Assembly (NCBI GenBank): GCA_963816145.1
Contig: CAWFJP010000017.1
Location: forward strand, 96,001-160,000
Origin: an uncultured delta proteobacterium
Lineage (GTDB): Bacteria; Desulfobacterota; Binatia; UBA9968
DNA: 64,000 bases
Direction: 5' to 3'
Part shown: piece by piece, positions 48,865 to 59,171 of the stretch
How the letters are laid out: each line of letters begins with the position of its first letter
Position numbering within the stretch: position 1 is the first letter of the stretch
Notes under the pieces: model-generated
Database searches by the model: none
Told to the model about the DNA's origin: nothing
What the model saw: only the letters and a program-made list of their open reading frames with translations
Position numbers and translations under genes: made by a program

Positions 48865-50454
48865 CTAGTTCTTTTCTTCCCCAGGTTGTTTTCCGGGCTC
48901 GAAGCCGCCGACCTCGTGGTAGACCACATCTTTCTTTTCCTCGAATGCCCTGACTTCGGGAACCGTCCCTGGTAAGCCAAGCTTCTTCCATTCGCCGGCG
49001 ACCTTGTCATACATCTCTTTGCGCAGCGCAGTGCGTTTGGAAAACACCGGTAAGTAGCGGTGTTCTTTGCAGGCGTTAATCAACGCCTTCGAGCCGTAGG
49101 GCCGTTTTTCCGGAGGATTCTGCGTCGGGTCGAGCCAAGTCGACCAGGTGTTTCGTAAGATATCGACATCGTCGATCGGATTGCAGCGGCTACTCATGGC
49201 CCAGATCACCTGATCCATATCGGTCGGATCGATATCTTCGTCAACGGCAATGATCCACTTGGTGTAATAAGCGCCGCCGGGAACCTGGGCCGCCAAGGCG
49301 AGAGCCTGCGCCGCATGACCGGCATAGCGTTGTTCAAGGGCTATGACGGTCATACCAAAACCACCGGCACCGGCAGGATGGGCGTAAACGCCTTGAATGC
49401 CGGGAATGCCCAACTTGTCTAGGTCATCCCAAATACGCGCCGAGCGGATGACCGAGAAGAATCCGCTCTGCTCGTTGGATGGATAGTCCGCCATCAAAGC
49501 GTTGGTAAGGATCGGGTTGTTGCGATAGTGCACAGCGGTGATTTCAACCAGGGGGCAGCCCGCTTCGGGCCGGCCGTAATAGCCGGGAAATTCACCAAAG
49601 GGACCTTCACTTCTAACAGAGTTCGGCTTGATGACACCTTCGATCATAAACTCGGCGTTGGCCGGCAATAGCAAATTGGTCGTCTTGCCCTTTACCACCG
49701 GGATCGGCTCACCCTTGATGCCGCCCAAATACTCATATTCGGAGACATTCTTAGGAAAAGTCTGCGAGCCCAACACCATAAACAATGGATCGATGCCCCA
49801 GGCGGCCGCGACTTCAACAGGTTTGCCCTGCTGCCACGACCGGGTGATGTGCAAGCGCGCGTCTTTTCCGGGGGACAGGTAGAGGCCGCATTCGTTTTTC
49901 CCTTGCAGCATCATGCGATAAGTACCGACGTTTAAGTATCCGCTGTCGGGATCGCGGGTAATCACGCAGTCTGCCGTACCGGCATAGCGACCACCGTCCA
50001 ATGGCCAATGGCGTGGAATTGGCAACTGAGTGAGATCGATCTTATCGCCGGTCAGAGTGTTCTGATACATCGCGGCTTCAGACGCGGAAACCTCCCGCGG
50101 CGCCATGCGGTTTTTGAGTTTGTCTTTGGTGCGGCGAATCAACTCCACCGTCGGGGTGTCAGGGGGTTCTTCCATAGTTAAGGCGATGCGTGGAATACTT
50201 GGGCCCAAGATATTCCATAATGATTGCGCCTTATATGGGCTTTTTTCATAGCCTTTGATGTTGTCGAACAGGATCGCTGGCGACGGCTTCTGTTTTGCCA
50301 CTAGATAACCGATGGCGCTCATCTCTTCTTCGCAGCTCACCGCATCCGTGACCCGGATCAAATCGCCCAAAGCTTCGACGCGATTTAACCAATCGCGCAG
50401 GTCTTGGATCGGTTTTTTGCTGCTCTCGGTTACTTTTTCTTCTCGTTTAGCCAT
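48865..50454 (-). CDS. UbiD family decarboxylase
   Basis: DGGRY, NVGTYR, EGPFGEFPGYY, VDEDID, VIWAM. Confidence 0.92.
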   Translation of the reverse strand: MAKREEKVTESSKKPIQDLRDWLNRVEALGDLIRVTDAVSCEEEMSAIGYLVAKQKPSPAILFDNIKGYEKSPYKAQSLWNILGPSIPRIALTMEEPPDTPTVELIRRTKDKLKNRMAPREVSASEAAMYQNTLTGDKIDLTQLPIPRHWPLDGGRYAGTADCVITRDPDSGYLNVGTYRMMLQGKNECGLYLSPGKDARLHITRSWQQGKPVEVAAAWGIDPLFMVLGSQTFPKNVSEYEYLGGIKGEPIPVVKGKTTNLLLPANAEFMIEGVIKPNSVRSEGPFGEFPGYYGRPEAGCPLVEITAVHYRNNPILTNALMADYPSNEQSGFFSVIRSARIWDDLDKLGIPGIQGVYAHPAGAGGFGMTVIALEQRYAGHAAQALALAAQVPGGAYYTKWIIAVDEDIDPTDMDQVIWAMSSRCNPIDDVDILRNTWSTWLDPTQNPPEKRPYGSKALINACKEHRYLPVFSKRTALRKEMYDKVAGEWKKLGLPGTVPEVRAFEEKKDVVYHEVGGFEPGKQPGEEKN

Positions 50455-50491
50455 CGGTTATCCTCCAAAGTTTTCACTGGCAAATTGAATT

Positions 50492-51238
50492 TTACAGACG
50501 GGCGCCTTTTGGAAGCTGTGCGCGAAAATAGGCGAAGGCGTCGTAGGATCGGAACATCATATTTTCTTTCATGTAATCGATCTCGGCCTGGGGCATGATC
50601 GCCGGTTTGCCAACGCAGCTGGCAATGAACTGCATGTAGGCGGTACGCTCCAGATAAATCGCGTGGACCGTAGCATATTCTAAGCTATCGCCGCACACAA
50701 TAATGCCATGGCCCTTGAGCAACATCGCCATGCGGTCTTGCAACGTCGCGCAGATCTCCCTACCGTCGCGCATAGTGTAAATCAAGCGCGGGCTCGGGAA
50801 AATCGGCGTTTCCGGGGCAAACACTGCGGCTTGGTTATAGATCGGCAGAATCGGTGTACCGGCCACCGAAAAAGCCGTCGCAATGGTCTGATGGGTATGG
50901 ACGACGGAATTGACCTCCGGCCGGGCGTTGTAGATCGCCGCGTGAATCATCGTTTCGCGCGGCGGATTCTTGATCTTGGTAACGGCGCGCTTATTGCCGG
51001 CCTTGGCGTAATTTGCCTCGCAAACTTCGAAGTACTGATCGATGTCGACCTCGATGATATGCTTGGGCGCCACTTCACCGAGCGGTGCCAACACCGGCTT
51101 GATAAAAAACTTTCTGGTACCGGGAATGCGCGCGCTGACATGACCGTGATAGTCGGCCAGGCCTTGATGGAACATGATGCGGTTGCCCAAGGCAACTTTC
51201 TTTTTTAACTCGTCTGTGTCCTTTTTGCTGATTTTCAC
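50492..51238 (-). CDS. Class II aldolase/adducin family protein
   Basis: GHVSAR, IHAAIY, VVHTH, LKGHG. Confidence 0.88.
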   Translation of the reverse strand: MKISKKDTDELKKKVALGNRIMFHQGLADYHGHVSARIPGTRKFFIKPVLAPLGEVAPKHIIEVDIDQYFEVCEANYAKAGNKRAVTKIKNPPRETMIHAAIYNARPEVNSVVHTHQTIATAFSVAGTPILPIYNQAAVFAPETPIFPSPRLIYTMRDGREICATLQDRMAMLLKGHGIIVCGDSLEYATVHAIYLERTAYMQFIASCVGKPAIMPQAEIDYMKENMMFRSYDAFAYFRAQLPKGARL

Positions 51239-51262
51239 CGGTCAATCCCCTTTCCATCGATG

Positions 51263-52207
51263 CTAGTTAATCTCTTGCTTCGCTTGCGCTCCATTGCCCG
51301 TGCCGGCCGCCCACCAGTGGATGTTCATCCAGTTCCACTGCTCGGGATAGCTGCGCACCGTACGTTCGAGCCAGCGGGTGATTCTGATAGTATTTTCACG
51401 AATCGCCTCGGCGTTGCGTTCGCCTCGCTCCAACTCCAACTCCGGTTCGATAACCAGCCGCAAACTATCGTCCGCCTGACGCACCAAACACGCGGGAACC
51501 ACCGCCGCACCGGTGCGCAATGCCAAACTGACTGGGCCACGGCGGGCAATTACCGTCTTACCAAACAGCGGCACTTCAATGCCAGAGCCCCGACGATATT
51601 CGTCGGCAATGATGACCGCGACCTGATTGCGTCGCAGTACCTCAGAAAGCTCCCGCAGTGCCGTATGGCGCGGCCGCGCGTGAATCGTCTTCTGCCGCGC
51701 CTCAAGGCGATATTCATCCATCAGCGCGGCAAAACGGCCGTCACGCGGTTGATTGACTAGAACGAAAACCGGCAAACCGTCGACCGCGATGCGGCAGCCG
51801 ACTAGAAAAAAATTGCCTAAGTGCGCGCTTAGCAGCAACACCCCTTTGCCTTTAGCGAGTGCTGCATCAAGATATTTGCGACCGACAATTGGAATTTCCG
51901 CCTTAATGCGGTCATCGGAAGATTCCACCGTGACACCGATCTCCACACAAGCGCGCAAAAAATTACGCAGCGATTGGCGCGCAACACTGTCGATCTCACT
52001 GGCACTCAGCCGATCGCCCAAGGCGAGGCGAATATTGGCAATTGAACGAGTTCGAAATCCGCGAAATAGGTAATACCCGATCTTGGCTAGCCCATCCGAT
52101 AGTCGAAAAATCGCTCCTGGACATACCCGGACTGCCACGCAACCAATCCTGAAACCGAACCAAGTACCGAAATAGGCAAGTTTTCCCGAGAGCCAAGCGA
52201 TCATCAA
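51263..52207 (-). CDS. Lipid A/lysophospholipid acyltransferase family protein (LpxL-like)
   Basis: GKGVLLLSAHLGN, VPLFG, PEQWNW. Confidence 0.82.
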   Translation of the reverse strand: MMIAWLSGKLAYFGTWFGFRIGCVAVRVCPGAIFRLSDGLAKIGYYLFRGFRTRSIANIRLALGDRLSASEIDSVARQSLRNFLRACVEIGVTVESSDDRIKAEIPIVGRKYLDAALAKGKGVLLLSAHLGNFFLVGCRIAVDGLPVFVLVNQPRDGRFAALMDEYRLEARQKTIHARPRHTALRELSEVLRRNQVAVIIADEYRRGSGIEVPLFGKTVIARRGPVSLALRTGAAVVPACLVRQADDSLRLVIEPELELERGERNAEAIRENTIRITRWLERTVRSYPEQWNWMNIHWWAAGTGNGAQAKQEIN

Positions 52208-52349
52208 TTATCGAGAGCTAACGATTCCGCACCGCTCTCCCGTGCCTTAAAGTACGCCAATCTACGCTACTTTCTTCACTGTCGCAACCGCCGAAACCAA
52301 CCTTCCCAGCGCTTTCAAACTTCGAACCTTTACAAGCAAATTAATTTAA

Positions 52350-52362
52350 TATCAACAACTTA
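52350..52362 (+). promoter_or_regulatory. IHF-consensus site in divergent intergenic region
   Basis: TATCAACAACTTA with upstream A/T tract. Confidence 0.5.
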
Positions 52363-52458
52363 GAGAGTATCGACAACGCTGTTCCGGAGTCAGGGTTATT
52401 CCTATTGGTGACTAGGTATGTTAATAAATTCCGACTGCTGTGAACCCGGAAAAGATTT

Positions 52459-52836
52459 ATGCGCATGATTTTACCTTCGCTAAAGGAACGGCGGGCGATC
52501 GACCGTTTGCTGGCGGCCTTTTTCAACGAATGCAAAGCTTCCGACTTTAAGAAAGCAATTAGTTTGCTGTGCCGGTTTTATCATCTGAAGCAGCCGAAAA
52601 TAGAATGGTTTGAGTATATCGACTGGGGCAAAACCGCGGGAAAGACTTACGAGACCGGTCAGATTTATTTAGTCCACCCGGAGAATTGGAAGAAAGGCCG
52701 CAAATACAACACCGCAAGGCGCTGGATCAATCTGGTCTACCATGAGATGGGTCACTATGTTTTCTGGGCCGACGCGGAAAATAAGGCCGATATGTTTGCC
52801 ACGCGCATGGTGCGCGGTCTGAACAGCCAAAAATAA
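52459..52836 (+). CDS. Small HExxH metallopeptidase-like protein
   Basis: YHEMGH followed by ENKADMFA (ImmA/IrrE-like ExxAxxFA). Confidence 0.65.
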   Translation: MRMILPSLKERRAIDRLLAAFFNECKASDFKKAISLLCRFYHLKQPKIEWFEYIDWGKTAGKTYETGQIYLVHPENWKKGRKYNTARRWINLVYHEMGHYVFWADAENKADMFATRMVRGLNSQK

Positions 52837-52894
52837 TGACCCAAATGGCGCCCGCACCGCAGCCGGGCAGGCGCCGTCGGACGTCTCCACTGCC

Positions 52895-55699
52895 ATGGAT
52901 TATAAAGACACCCTCAACTTACCGAAGACCGACTTTCCCATGCGCGGCAACCTGCCGCAAAACGAGCCGAAGCAGGTCGAAAAGTGGGACAAGGAACGAG
53001 CCTATTTCCAGATCCTTGAGGCGAATCAGGGCAAGCCCAGATTCATCTTGCATGACGGGCCACCTTACGCCAATGGCAACATCCACATCGGCCACGCGTT
53101 AAACAAAATCCTCAAAGACATCATCATCAAGTACAAAGCCATGACCGGCCACTCGGCGCCCTATGTGCCCGGCTGGGATTGCCATGGTCTGCCCATTGAG
53201 CTGCAAGTGGAAAAGAACGTCGGCCGGGCGAAAAAGCTGGCGATGAGCAAAGCAGAAATTCGCACGCTCTGTAAAGAATACGCGGAGAAATACATTTCGA
53301 TTCAACGCGAAGAGTTCAAACGCCTTGGAGTGCTCGGCGATTGGGAGAAACCTTACCGCACGTTGGAACCGCAATATGAAGCCCAGGAAGTGCGCGAATT
53401 GGGTAAATTCGTCGCCACCGGCGCGCTCTACCGCAAGAAGAAGCCGGTCTACTGGTGCGCCTCCTGTGTGACAGCGTTGGCGGAAGCTGAAGTCGAGTAC
53501 GAAGATCATACATCGACATCGGTGTACGTCAAGTTCGCCGTTAAGGATCCTAAAGGTTTGTTCGCTATCGATCCGGCACTCGGAACCTTTTTTGTAATTT
53601 GGACAACAACCCCGTGGACCTTACCGGCGAACCAGGCGATCGCGGTACATCCCAAGTTTACATACCGACGGGTTAAAACCGCGCAGGGTGAATTGATCAT
53701 AAACCAAGAATTGGTCGAGAGCGTGATGAAGGCTATCAGGTTGGAAGCCAAGGATTATGAAATTCTTCCCGGCGCCTGGACCGGCGCCGAACTCGAAGGC
53801 ATCGTTTGCCGTCATCCCTGGCTCGACCGTGAGTCGAAGATTGTGCTTGGCGACTACGTGACGCAGGATCAAGGCACCGGCGGCGTCCATATCGCCCCTG
53901 GTCATGGCCAGGAGGACTACGAAGTCGGCATGCGCTACGGCTTACCGGTCATGGCTCCGGTAGACCCAGAAGGAAGATTCACCGCGGAAGCCGGCGATTT
54001 ACAAGGCGAGTCGGTGTTCAAAGCTGACCCGCGCATTGTTCAAAAGTTAATCGAGCAAAACGCCCTGCTCAAAGAAGATAAACTGTCCCATAGCTATCCG
54101 CACTGTTGGCGCTGCAAAAAGCCGGTGATCTTTCGCGCCACCGAGCAGTGGTTTATCTCAATGGAGAAGAACGACCTGCGCAACCAGGCACTGCGCACGA
54201 TTGACGAGGTCAAATGGATTCCGCCCTGGGGTCGTGACCGCATTCGCGGCATGCTCGAAGCGCGTCCTGACTGGTGCATTTCGCGCCAGCGCTCCTGGGG
54301 CGTGCCCATTCCAGCGGTCTACTGCAAGCACTGCAATCAAGCAGTGTTGACACAGGCGATTTGCAATTATGTCGCGGCGATTTTCGAAAAGGAAGGCTCG
54401 GACGCTTGGTTCACCCGGCCGGTGAACGAACTCATGCCCGCCGATCTCAAGTGTCCCGATTGCGGTGGCCAGGACTTTTCCCGCGAAGAAGATATTCTCG
54501 ATGTCTGGTTCGATTCGGGGGTGAGCTATGCTGCGGTGGTCGAACTCGACCCGCGTCTCGGCGGCCGCGCCGATCTTTACCTCGAAGGCAGCGACCAACA
54601 TCGCGGCTGGTTTCACACCGCACTGCTGACGTCGCTGGCGACCCGCGATCGTGCGCCTTACCTCAGCGTGCTGACCCACGGCTTCACTTTGGACGGCAAA
54701 GGGCGAAAGATGTCCAAGTCGCTTGGCAATACCATCGCGCCGCAAGACATCGCGAAAAAATTCGGCGCCGAAATCCTGCGCCTATGGGTTTCCGCCGAAG
54801 ACTACCGCGAAGACGTGCGCATCTCGGATGAAATTTTGAATCGCCTGGTCGAAGCGTACCGGCGCGTGCGCAACACCGCACGCTTTCTGATCAGCAACCT
54901 TTATGATTTCGATCCATCGAAGGATCGCGTGCCGGCGGAAAAACTCGACGAGCTCGACCGCTGGATTCTCCAGCGCACGGAAAATGTACTCAGCCGCTGC
55001 CGCGATGCTTATGAGAAGTGCGAGTTCCATGTCGTCTATCACAGCATAAATAATTTCTGCGCGGTCGATCTGAGCGCGCAATATTTGGACATCGTCAAAG
55101 ACCGGCTTTACTGCGAAGGAACGAATTCGCGCGAACGGCGCGCGGCGCAGACGACTCTATCTAGAATTCTCGATGTGCTGGTGCATTTAACCGCGCCGAT
55201 CCTGTCGTTTACGGCCGAAGAAATCTGGAACTACCTACCGGGGAAAACCAATCGACCAAAGAGCGTTTTTCTTTCGACGATACCAGAGCCGGACACCAGG
55301 TCCGCCGATTCTTTACTCGCGGAGAAATGGGATCGGATTTTCGATGAGCGTAGCCTAGTCTTAAAGGCCCTGGAACAAGCACGGACAGCCGGGATAATCG
55401 GGCATTCCTTGGATGCAAAGGTCGTTCTTCATCATCGCCATCCACATCGATCCTCCCTTCACGAAATGATGACTGTTGATTCTCAACGGCTGGCTGATGT
55501 ACTGATTGTTTCCCAGGTTGCAGTTGACGCAGATCAAGGCCCTGATGATCTAAAAGAATTGCGATTTTCGGTCAGCAAAGCCGACGGCGCGAAATGCGAA
55601 CGCTGCTGGAAATACGATGTCAAAGTCGGCGCGGACCACAACCATCCGACCGTCTGCCCCCGCTGCGCTCGCGTGCTAAACGCTGGAGCAACAGTTTGA
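52895..55699 (+). CDS. ileS: Isoleucine--tRNA ligase (IleRS1 type)
   Basis: HIGH, WTTTPWT, KMSKS, C-terminal CERCW...CPRC zinc finger. Confidence 0.98.
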   Translation: MDYKDTLNLPKTDFPMRGNLPQNEPKQVEKWDKERAYFQILEANQGKPRFILHDGPPYANGNIHIGHALNKILKDIIIKYKAMTGHSAPYVPGWDCHGLPIELQVEKNVGRAKKLAMSKAEIRTLCKEYAEKYISIQREEFKRLGVLGDWEKPYRTLEPQYEAQEVRELGKFVATGALYRKKKPVYWCASCVTALAEAEVEYEDHTSTSVYVKFAVKDPKGLFAIDPALGTFFVIWTTTPWTLPANQAIAVHPKFTYRRVKTAQGELIINQELVESVMKAIRLEAKDYEILPGAWTGAELEGIVCRHPWLDRESKIVLGDYVTQDQGTGGVHIAPGHGQEDYEVGMRYGLPVMAPVDPEGRFTAEAGDLQGESVFKADPRIVQKLIEQNALLKEDKLSHSYPHCWRCKKPVIFRATEQWFISMEKNDLRNQALRTIDEVKWIPPWGRDRIRGMLEARPDWCISRQRSWGVPIPAVYCKHCNQAVLTQAICNYVAAIFEKEGSDAWFTRPVNELMPADLKCPDCGGQDFSREEDILDVWFDSGVSYAAVVELDPRLGGRADLYLEGSDQHRGWFHTALLTSLATRDRAPYLSVLTHGFTLDGKGRKMSKSLGNTIAPQDIAKKFGAEILRLWVSAEDYREDVRISDEILNRLVEAYRRVRNTARFLISNLYDFDPSKDRVPAEKLDELDRWILQRTENVLSRCRDAYEKCEFHVVYHSINNFCAVDLSAQYLDIVKDRLYCEGTNSRERRAAQTTLSRILDVLVHLTAPILSFTAEEIWNYLPGKTNRPKSVFLSTIPEPDTRSADSLLAEKWDRIFDERSLVLKALEQARTAGIIGHSLDAKVVLHHRHPHRSSLHEMMTVDSQRLADVLIVSQVAVDADQGPDDLKELRFSVSKADGAKCERCWKYDVKVGADHNHPTVCPRCARVLNAGATV

Positions 55700-56199
55700 G
55701 CGGAAAATGGAAAAGCGTTGGCGGGTGGCTGGCCGCGATTGTCGTTCTCGATCAGTTGACCAAACTCATCGTCCACCGGACCATGGCGCTCCATCAGTCC
55801 ATTTCCATCGTCGACGGGCTGTTTAATCTCACTTATGTGCGCAACACCGGCGCCGCGTTCGGAATTTTCGCCGGCAGCGCGGAAATCTTTCGCCGGCCTT
55901 TTTTGATCTTGGTATCGATCCTGGCCAGCGGCTTTATCATCACTTTACTCAGACGGCTGGCGGACGGGGAAAGGGGATTGATTGCGGCACTGACTTTTAT
56001 CCTCGGCGGCGCCATCGGCAATCTCATCGACCGGGTTTTCTACGGGGAAGTCATCGACTTTCTCGACGTCTACTGGCGCAACTACCACTGGCCGGCATTC
56101 AATATCGCCGACAGCTTCATCACCATCGGCGTCGCCATCGCGCTTTTCTGCCTCTACAAACACCAGGGCGCCGATCCCTTCGCCGGCACACAAACTTAG
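55696..56199 (+). CDS. lspA: Lipoprotein signal peptidase
   Basis: DQLTK, NTGAAF, GNLIDR, VIDF, FNIADS; TTG start overlaps the ileS stop. Confidence 0.95.
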   Translation: MSGKWKSVGGWLAAIVVLDQLTKLIVHRTMALHQSISIVDGLFNLTYVRNTGAAFGIFAGSAEIFRRPFLILVSILASGFIITLLRRLADGERGLIAALTFILGGAIGNLIDRVFYGEVIDFLDVYWRNYHWPAFNIADSFITIGVAIALFCLYKHQGADPFAGTQT

Positions 56200-56493
56200 C
56201 TTTTTAGAATAACTACCGTCGCACCCCAACTGCCCGCTTCGAGCGGTGCATCGTGAAACGATTCGACGTTGGCGTGATTCTCCAGTAACTTGCGAATGAT
56301 TATTGCGCTGGACACCTTTGCCTTTGCCGTGGATCAAACGCACTTCGTGAAAGCCGGCGTCTTTGCACTGGCGGAGATACTCATCGACGAGGCCGTGAAT
56401 TTCTTTGGCCTGAAATGGATGAAGATCGAGGTGATCCTCGATCGGAATTACGACCGGAACGGCAAATGGCGATTCATTCTCGCAGCTGGCCAT
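56196..56493 (-). pseudogene. Smr-domain protein with a one-base frameshift (real or sequencing error)
   Basis: LDLH, IHGKGKG; after QRN (~56301) the tail IIRKLLENHANVESFHDAPLEAGSWGATVVILKS* is in the next frame. Confidence 0.8.
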
Positions 56494-56589
56494 GTCGCCG
56501 TTATTTTCTTTACTGCGATCGCCCATACAAAAGAGGGCAAGAACAACGCTCTTGCCCTCGGTGGTCTTTTGGTTTTCCTCTGGTTGATT

Positions 56590-57606
56590 TCAGTCCCAGC
56601 GTTTATCGCCTTTTAACCGGCCGCCTACTTTGGTGAGAGCGGCTTCGATGATCGACAGATCCACAAGTTTCTCGTAGCTCGGTTTTTCCTGTGCTTTAAT
56701 GGTTCCAAGTTCCACTTGGCGGTTAATGGTCCACTCGACCATGTCCCTAGGCAGACCGTCATTAACCGGCCACGCTCCGACATTGGCGAGAATATCGTAG
56801 GTCTGCGACACGGCGTCGGCATCCTGCTGTGTGTATTTTACGCCGATCTCCACAACCTTAGCTTTGTTGTTGTAGATAAAACGATTGGCTTTAACCAGCG
56901 CCGTCATGATGTCAATGTAAAGCTGACGGTTTTCCTTGATCTCTTTCTCGGGCGCAATGTAGGCAGCGTAGAGCCATTTCGGCAGTGGCTCCCAGAGATT
57001 GACCAGAATATTCAAATCCGCCTTTTTCTTCTTGGCGACGATCGCTTGATCGACGTGTAGAATCGCCGTATCAATCTGGCCACTCAACAGTCCCGCCACG
57101 CGGCCTTTGGTGCTCACCGGCACGTATTCGACATCCTTCGGCGTCAGGCCGCAACTCGCCATCACGGCGCGGCTCATCACTTCATTGAACGCGCCTACTT
57201 CCTGGATGCCGATCTTTCGGCCTTTCAGATCTTTGCAAGTCTTAATGTCGCCCTGCACCAGCATCGATTGCGAAAGTTTGTGCGAATAGGTGCCAAGGAC
57301 TTTGGTGCCGGCTCCGCGCGCCGCGCCGATGATTGCCGGATCGGAACTGGTTCCGGTGATGTCGAGGCCGCCGGCGACACTGCCGCGCAATGTTTGAGTA
57401 CCGCCCTCGAAGGTGACCAGCTCGACATCGATGTTCACGTCATTAAAATAGCCCATCTCTTTGGCGATGTAAGGCGGCAGATGGACGACGTTGGGCGGAG
57501 TGACCGGCACGCCGAAGACGACTTTGCGCTTGGTTTGGGCGTCGGCCGTATATAATCCGAACGCCAGGCTGATCGCTGCAATGAGCAGCCAAATGGTTTT
57601 CTTCAT
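56590..57606 (-). CDS. NitT/TauT-type ABC transporter substrate-binding protein
   Basis: Signal peptide; GYF..V.IDV, DLKGRKIG, LLSGQID. Confidence 0.85.
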   Translation of the reverse strand: MKKTIWLLIAAISLAFGLYTADAQTKRKVVFGVPVTPPNVVHLPPYIAKEMGYFNDVNIDVELVTFEGGTQTLRGSVAGGLDITGTSSDPAIIGAARGAGTKVLGTYSHKLSQSMLVQGDIKTCKDLKGRKIGIQEVGAFNEVMSRAVMASCGLTPKDVEYVPVSTKGRVAGLLSGQIDTAILHVDQAIVAKKKKADLNILVNLWEPLPKWLYAAYIAPEKEIKENRQLYIDIMTALVKANRFIYNNKAKVVEIGVKYTQQDADAVSQTYDILANVGAWPVNDGLPRDMVEWTINRQVELGTIKAQEKPSYEKLVDLSIIEAALTKVGGRLKGDKRWD

Positions 57607-57626
57607 GATGCCCCCTTTTGTTAAGT

Positions 57627-58382
57627 TCAGTCTTTTTCAATTGCACTGCGCCACGGCGCGATACGTCCTTCGATCCATTTCGCCAACGACATGAGCCCCA
57701 CCCCTAATAACATAACCACGACGATGGGAACAAATAGCTTGTCGGTCTCAAGCGCATTGGCATAGCGGACGATCATGTAACCCAACCCCGTGACGGAAGT
57801 ATAGAACTCGGCGACGATCATTCCAACCAGACCTCGGCCGATGGCGAGTCGGATGCCGGCAACGATGAACGGGACCGCCGAAGGAATGATCAGATGGCGC
57901 CACAGCTGGCTTTCGTTCGAACAAAAGGAGCGCGCGACTTCTTGGAGATTGCGGTCGACGTTTTTTACTCCCTCGAAGGTGTTGAGCAGCACTGGAAATA
58001 CCATGAACGAGAAAACGATGACGACCTTGGCGGGAATTTTGAAACCGAACCATAAGACAATTAACGGCACCACCGCGACCATCGGGGTTGAATAAAGCGC
58101 GCTGACGTAAACATCCGCGGCCCATTCGACGATCGCGTACCGGCCCATGATCACACCGAGCAGCACGCCCACCACGATGGAAAGAATCGACGCGTACGTC
58201 AGCACCAAGAGGCTGCTGGTCATGTAACTCTGCAGCTCGCCGCTGGCGACCAAGGAGACGAAGGCCTGAGCAACCGCGGACGGATAGGTGAACAAGATCG
58301 GGTTAATTCGCCGGCCGAAGTATTCCCAAAGCGAGATGACGACGACGAACGAGATAAAGCGCACGACGAGTTTGCTGTTCAT
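57627..58382 (-). CDS. NitT/TauT-type ABC transporter permease
   Basis: EAA-like EVARSF, GIRLAIGR, VAEF, GLG. Confidence 0.88.
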   Translation of the reverse strand: MNSKLVVRFISFVVVISLWEYFGRRINPILFTYPSAVAQAFVSLVASGELQSYMTSSLLVLTYASILSIVVGVLLGVIMGRYAIVEWAADVYVSALYSTPMVAVVPLIVLWFGFKIPAKVVIVFSFMVFPVLLNTFEGVKNVDRNLQEVARSFCSNESQLWRHLIIPSAVPFIVAGIRLAIGRGLVGMIVAEFYTSVTGLGYMIVRYANALETDKLFVPIVVVMLLGVGLMSLAKWIEGRIAPWRSAIEKD

Positions 58383-59164
58383 GAAGCGGTACTCCCGACC
58401 GGAACGTGATCCAATTCGCGGGTGAGCATTTCCCAAAGCGAGCTGCGCAATTCGATATAGCGCGAATGGGCACGCACGGAAATAATCTTTCGCGGCCTGG
58501 GGATGTTGACCGATATAATTTCCCGAATACGGCCGGGGCGGCGTGACATCATGACGATGCGGTCGCCAAGCAAAATCGCTTCGTCGATGCTGTGGGTGAC
58601 GAAGATCATCGCCTTCTTTTCGCTTTCAAGAATCCGCAATAGTTCCTCTTGCATTAGCTCGCGGGTCTGCGCATCCAAAGCGCCGAAGGGCTCGTCCATG
58701 AGCAGCAGTGAAGGGTTGATCGCCAGCGCCCGCGCCAATCCCGCGCGTTGTTGCATGCCGCCGGAGAGTTGGTGCGGGTAGGATTTGGCGAATTCCTTAA
58801 GCCCCATGAGTTCGAGGTAGTGCCCAACGGCAGCATCAATCTCGACTTTGGACGATCCTCTCAGCTCCAGTCCGTAGGCGATGTTTTCATCGAGCCGTTT
58901 CCATGGAAATAGACCGAAGTGTTGAAACACCATCGCGACGTCGGGACGAGGTTGGGTGACTGCGCTACCATCCATCGTGATCTCGCCGCGGTCGCGGGAA
59001 ATCAGACAGTCGATGATGCGCAGCAGTGTCGTTTTGCCGCAACCGCTCGGGCCGAGAATGCACAGACTCTCATAGGGCTCGACTTCGAGGTTGATATCCT
59101 GGAGCGCCACCACATCGCCGCCGCTGTAAGTCTTGGTGAGGTTTCGAATGACGATCTTGGCCAT
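58379..59164 (-). CDS. NitT/TauT-type ABC transporter ATP-binding protein
   Basis: GPSGCGKT, LSGGMQQR, MDEPFGALD, VTH. Confidence 0.93.
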   Translation of the reverse strand: MAKIVIRNLTKTYSGGDVVALQDINLEVEPYESLCILGPSGCGKTTLLRIIDCLISRDRGEITMDGSAVTQPRPDVAMVFQHFGLFPWKRLDENIAYGLELRGSSKVEIDAAVGHYLELMGLKEFAKSYPHQLSGGMQQRAGLARALAINPSLLLMDEPFGALDAQTRELMQEELLRILESEKKAMIFVTHSIDEAILLGDRIVMMSRRPGRIREIISVNIPRPRKIISVRAHSRYIELRSSLWEMLTRELDHVPVGSTAS

Positions 59165-59171
59165 TTGAGAA

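Noticed and set aside
52396-52425. dif-like site (TATTCCTATTG...GTATGTTAATA)
   Set aside because: Both arms match poorly, the spacer is 8 nt, and it lies near parS rather than a terminus.
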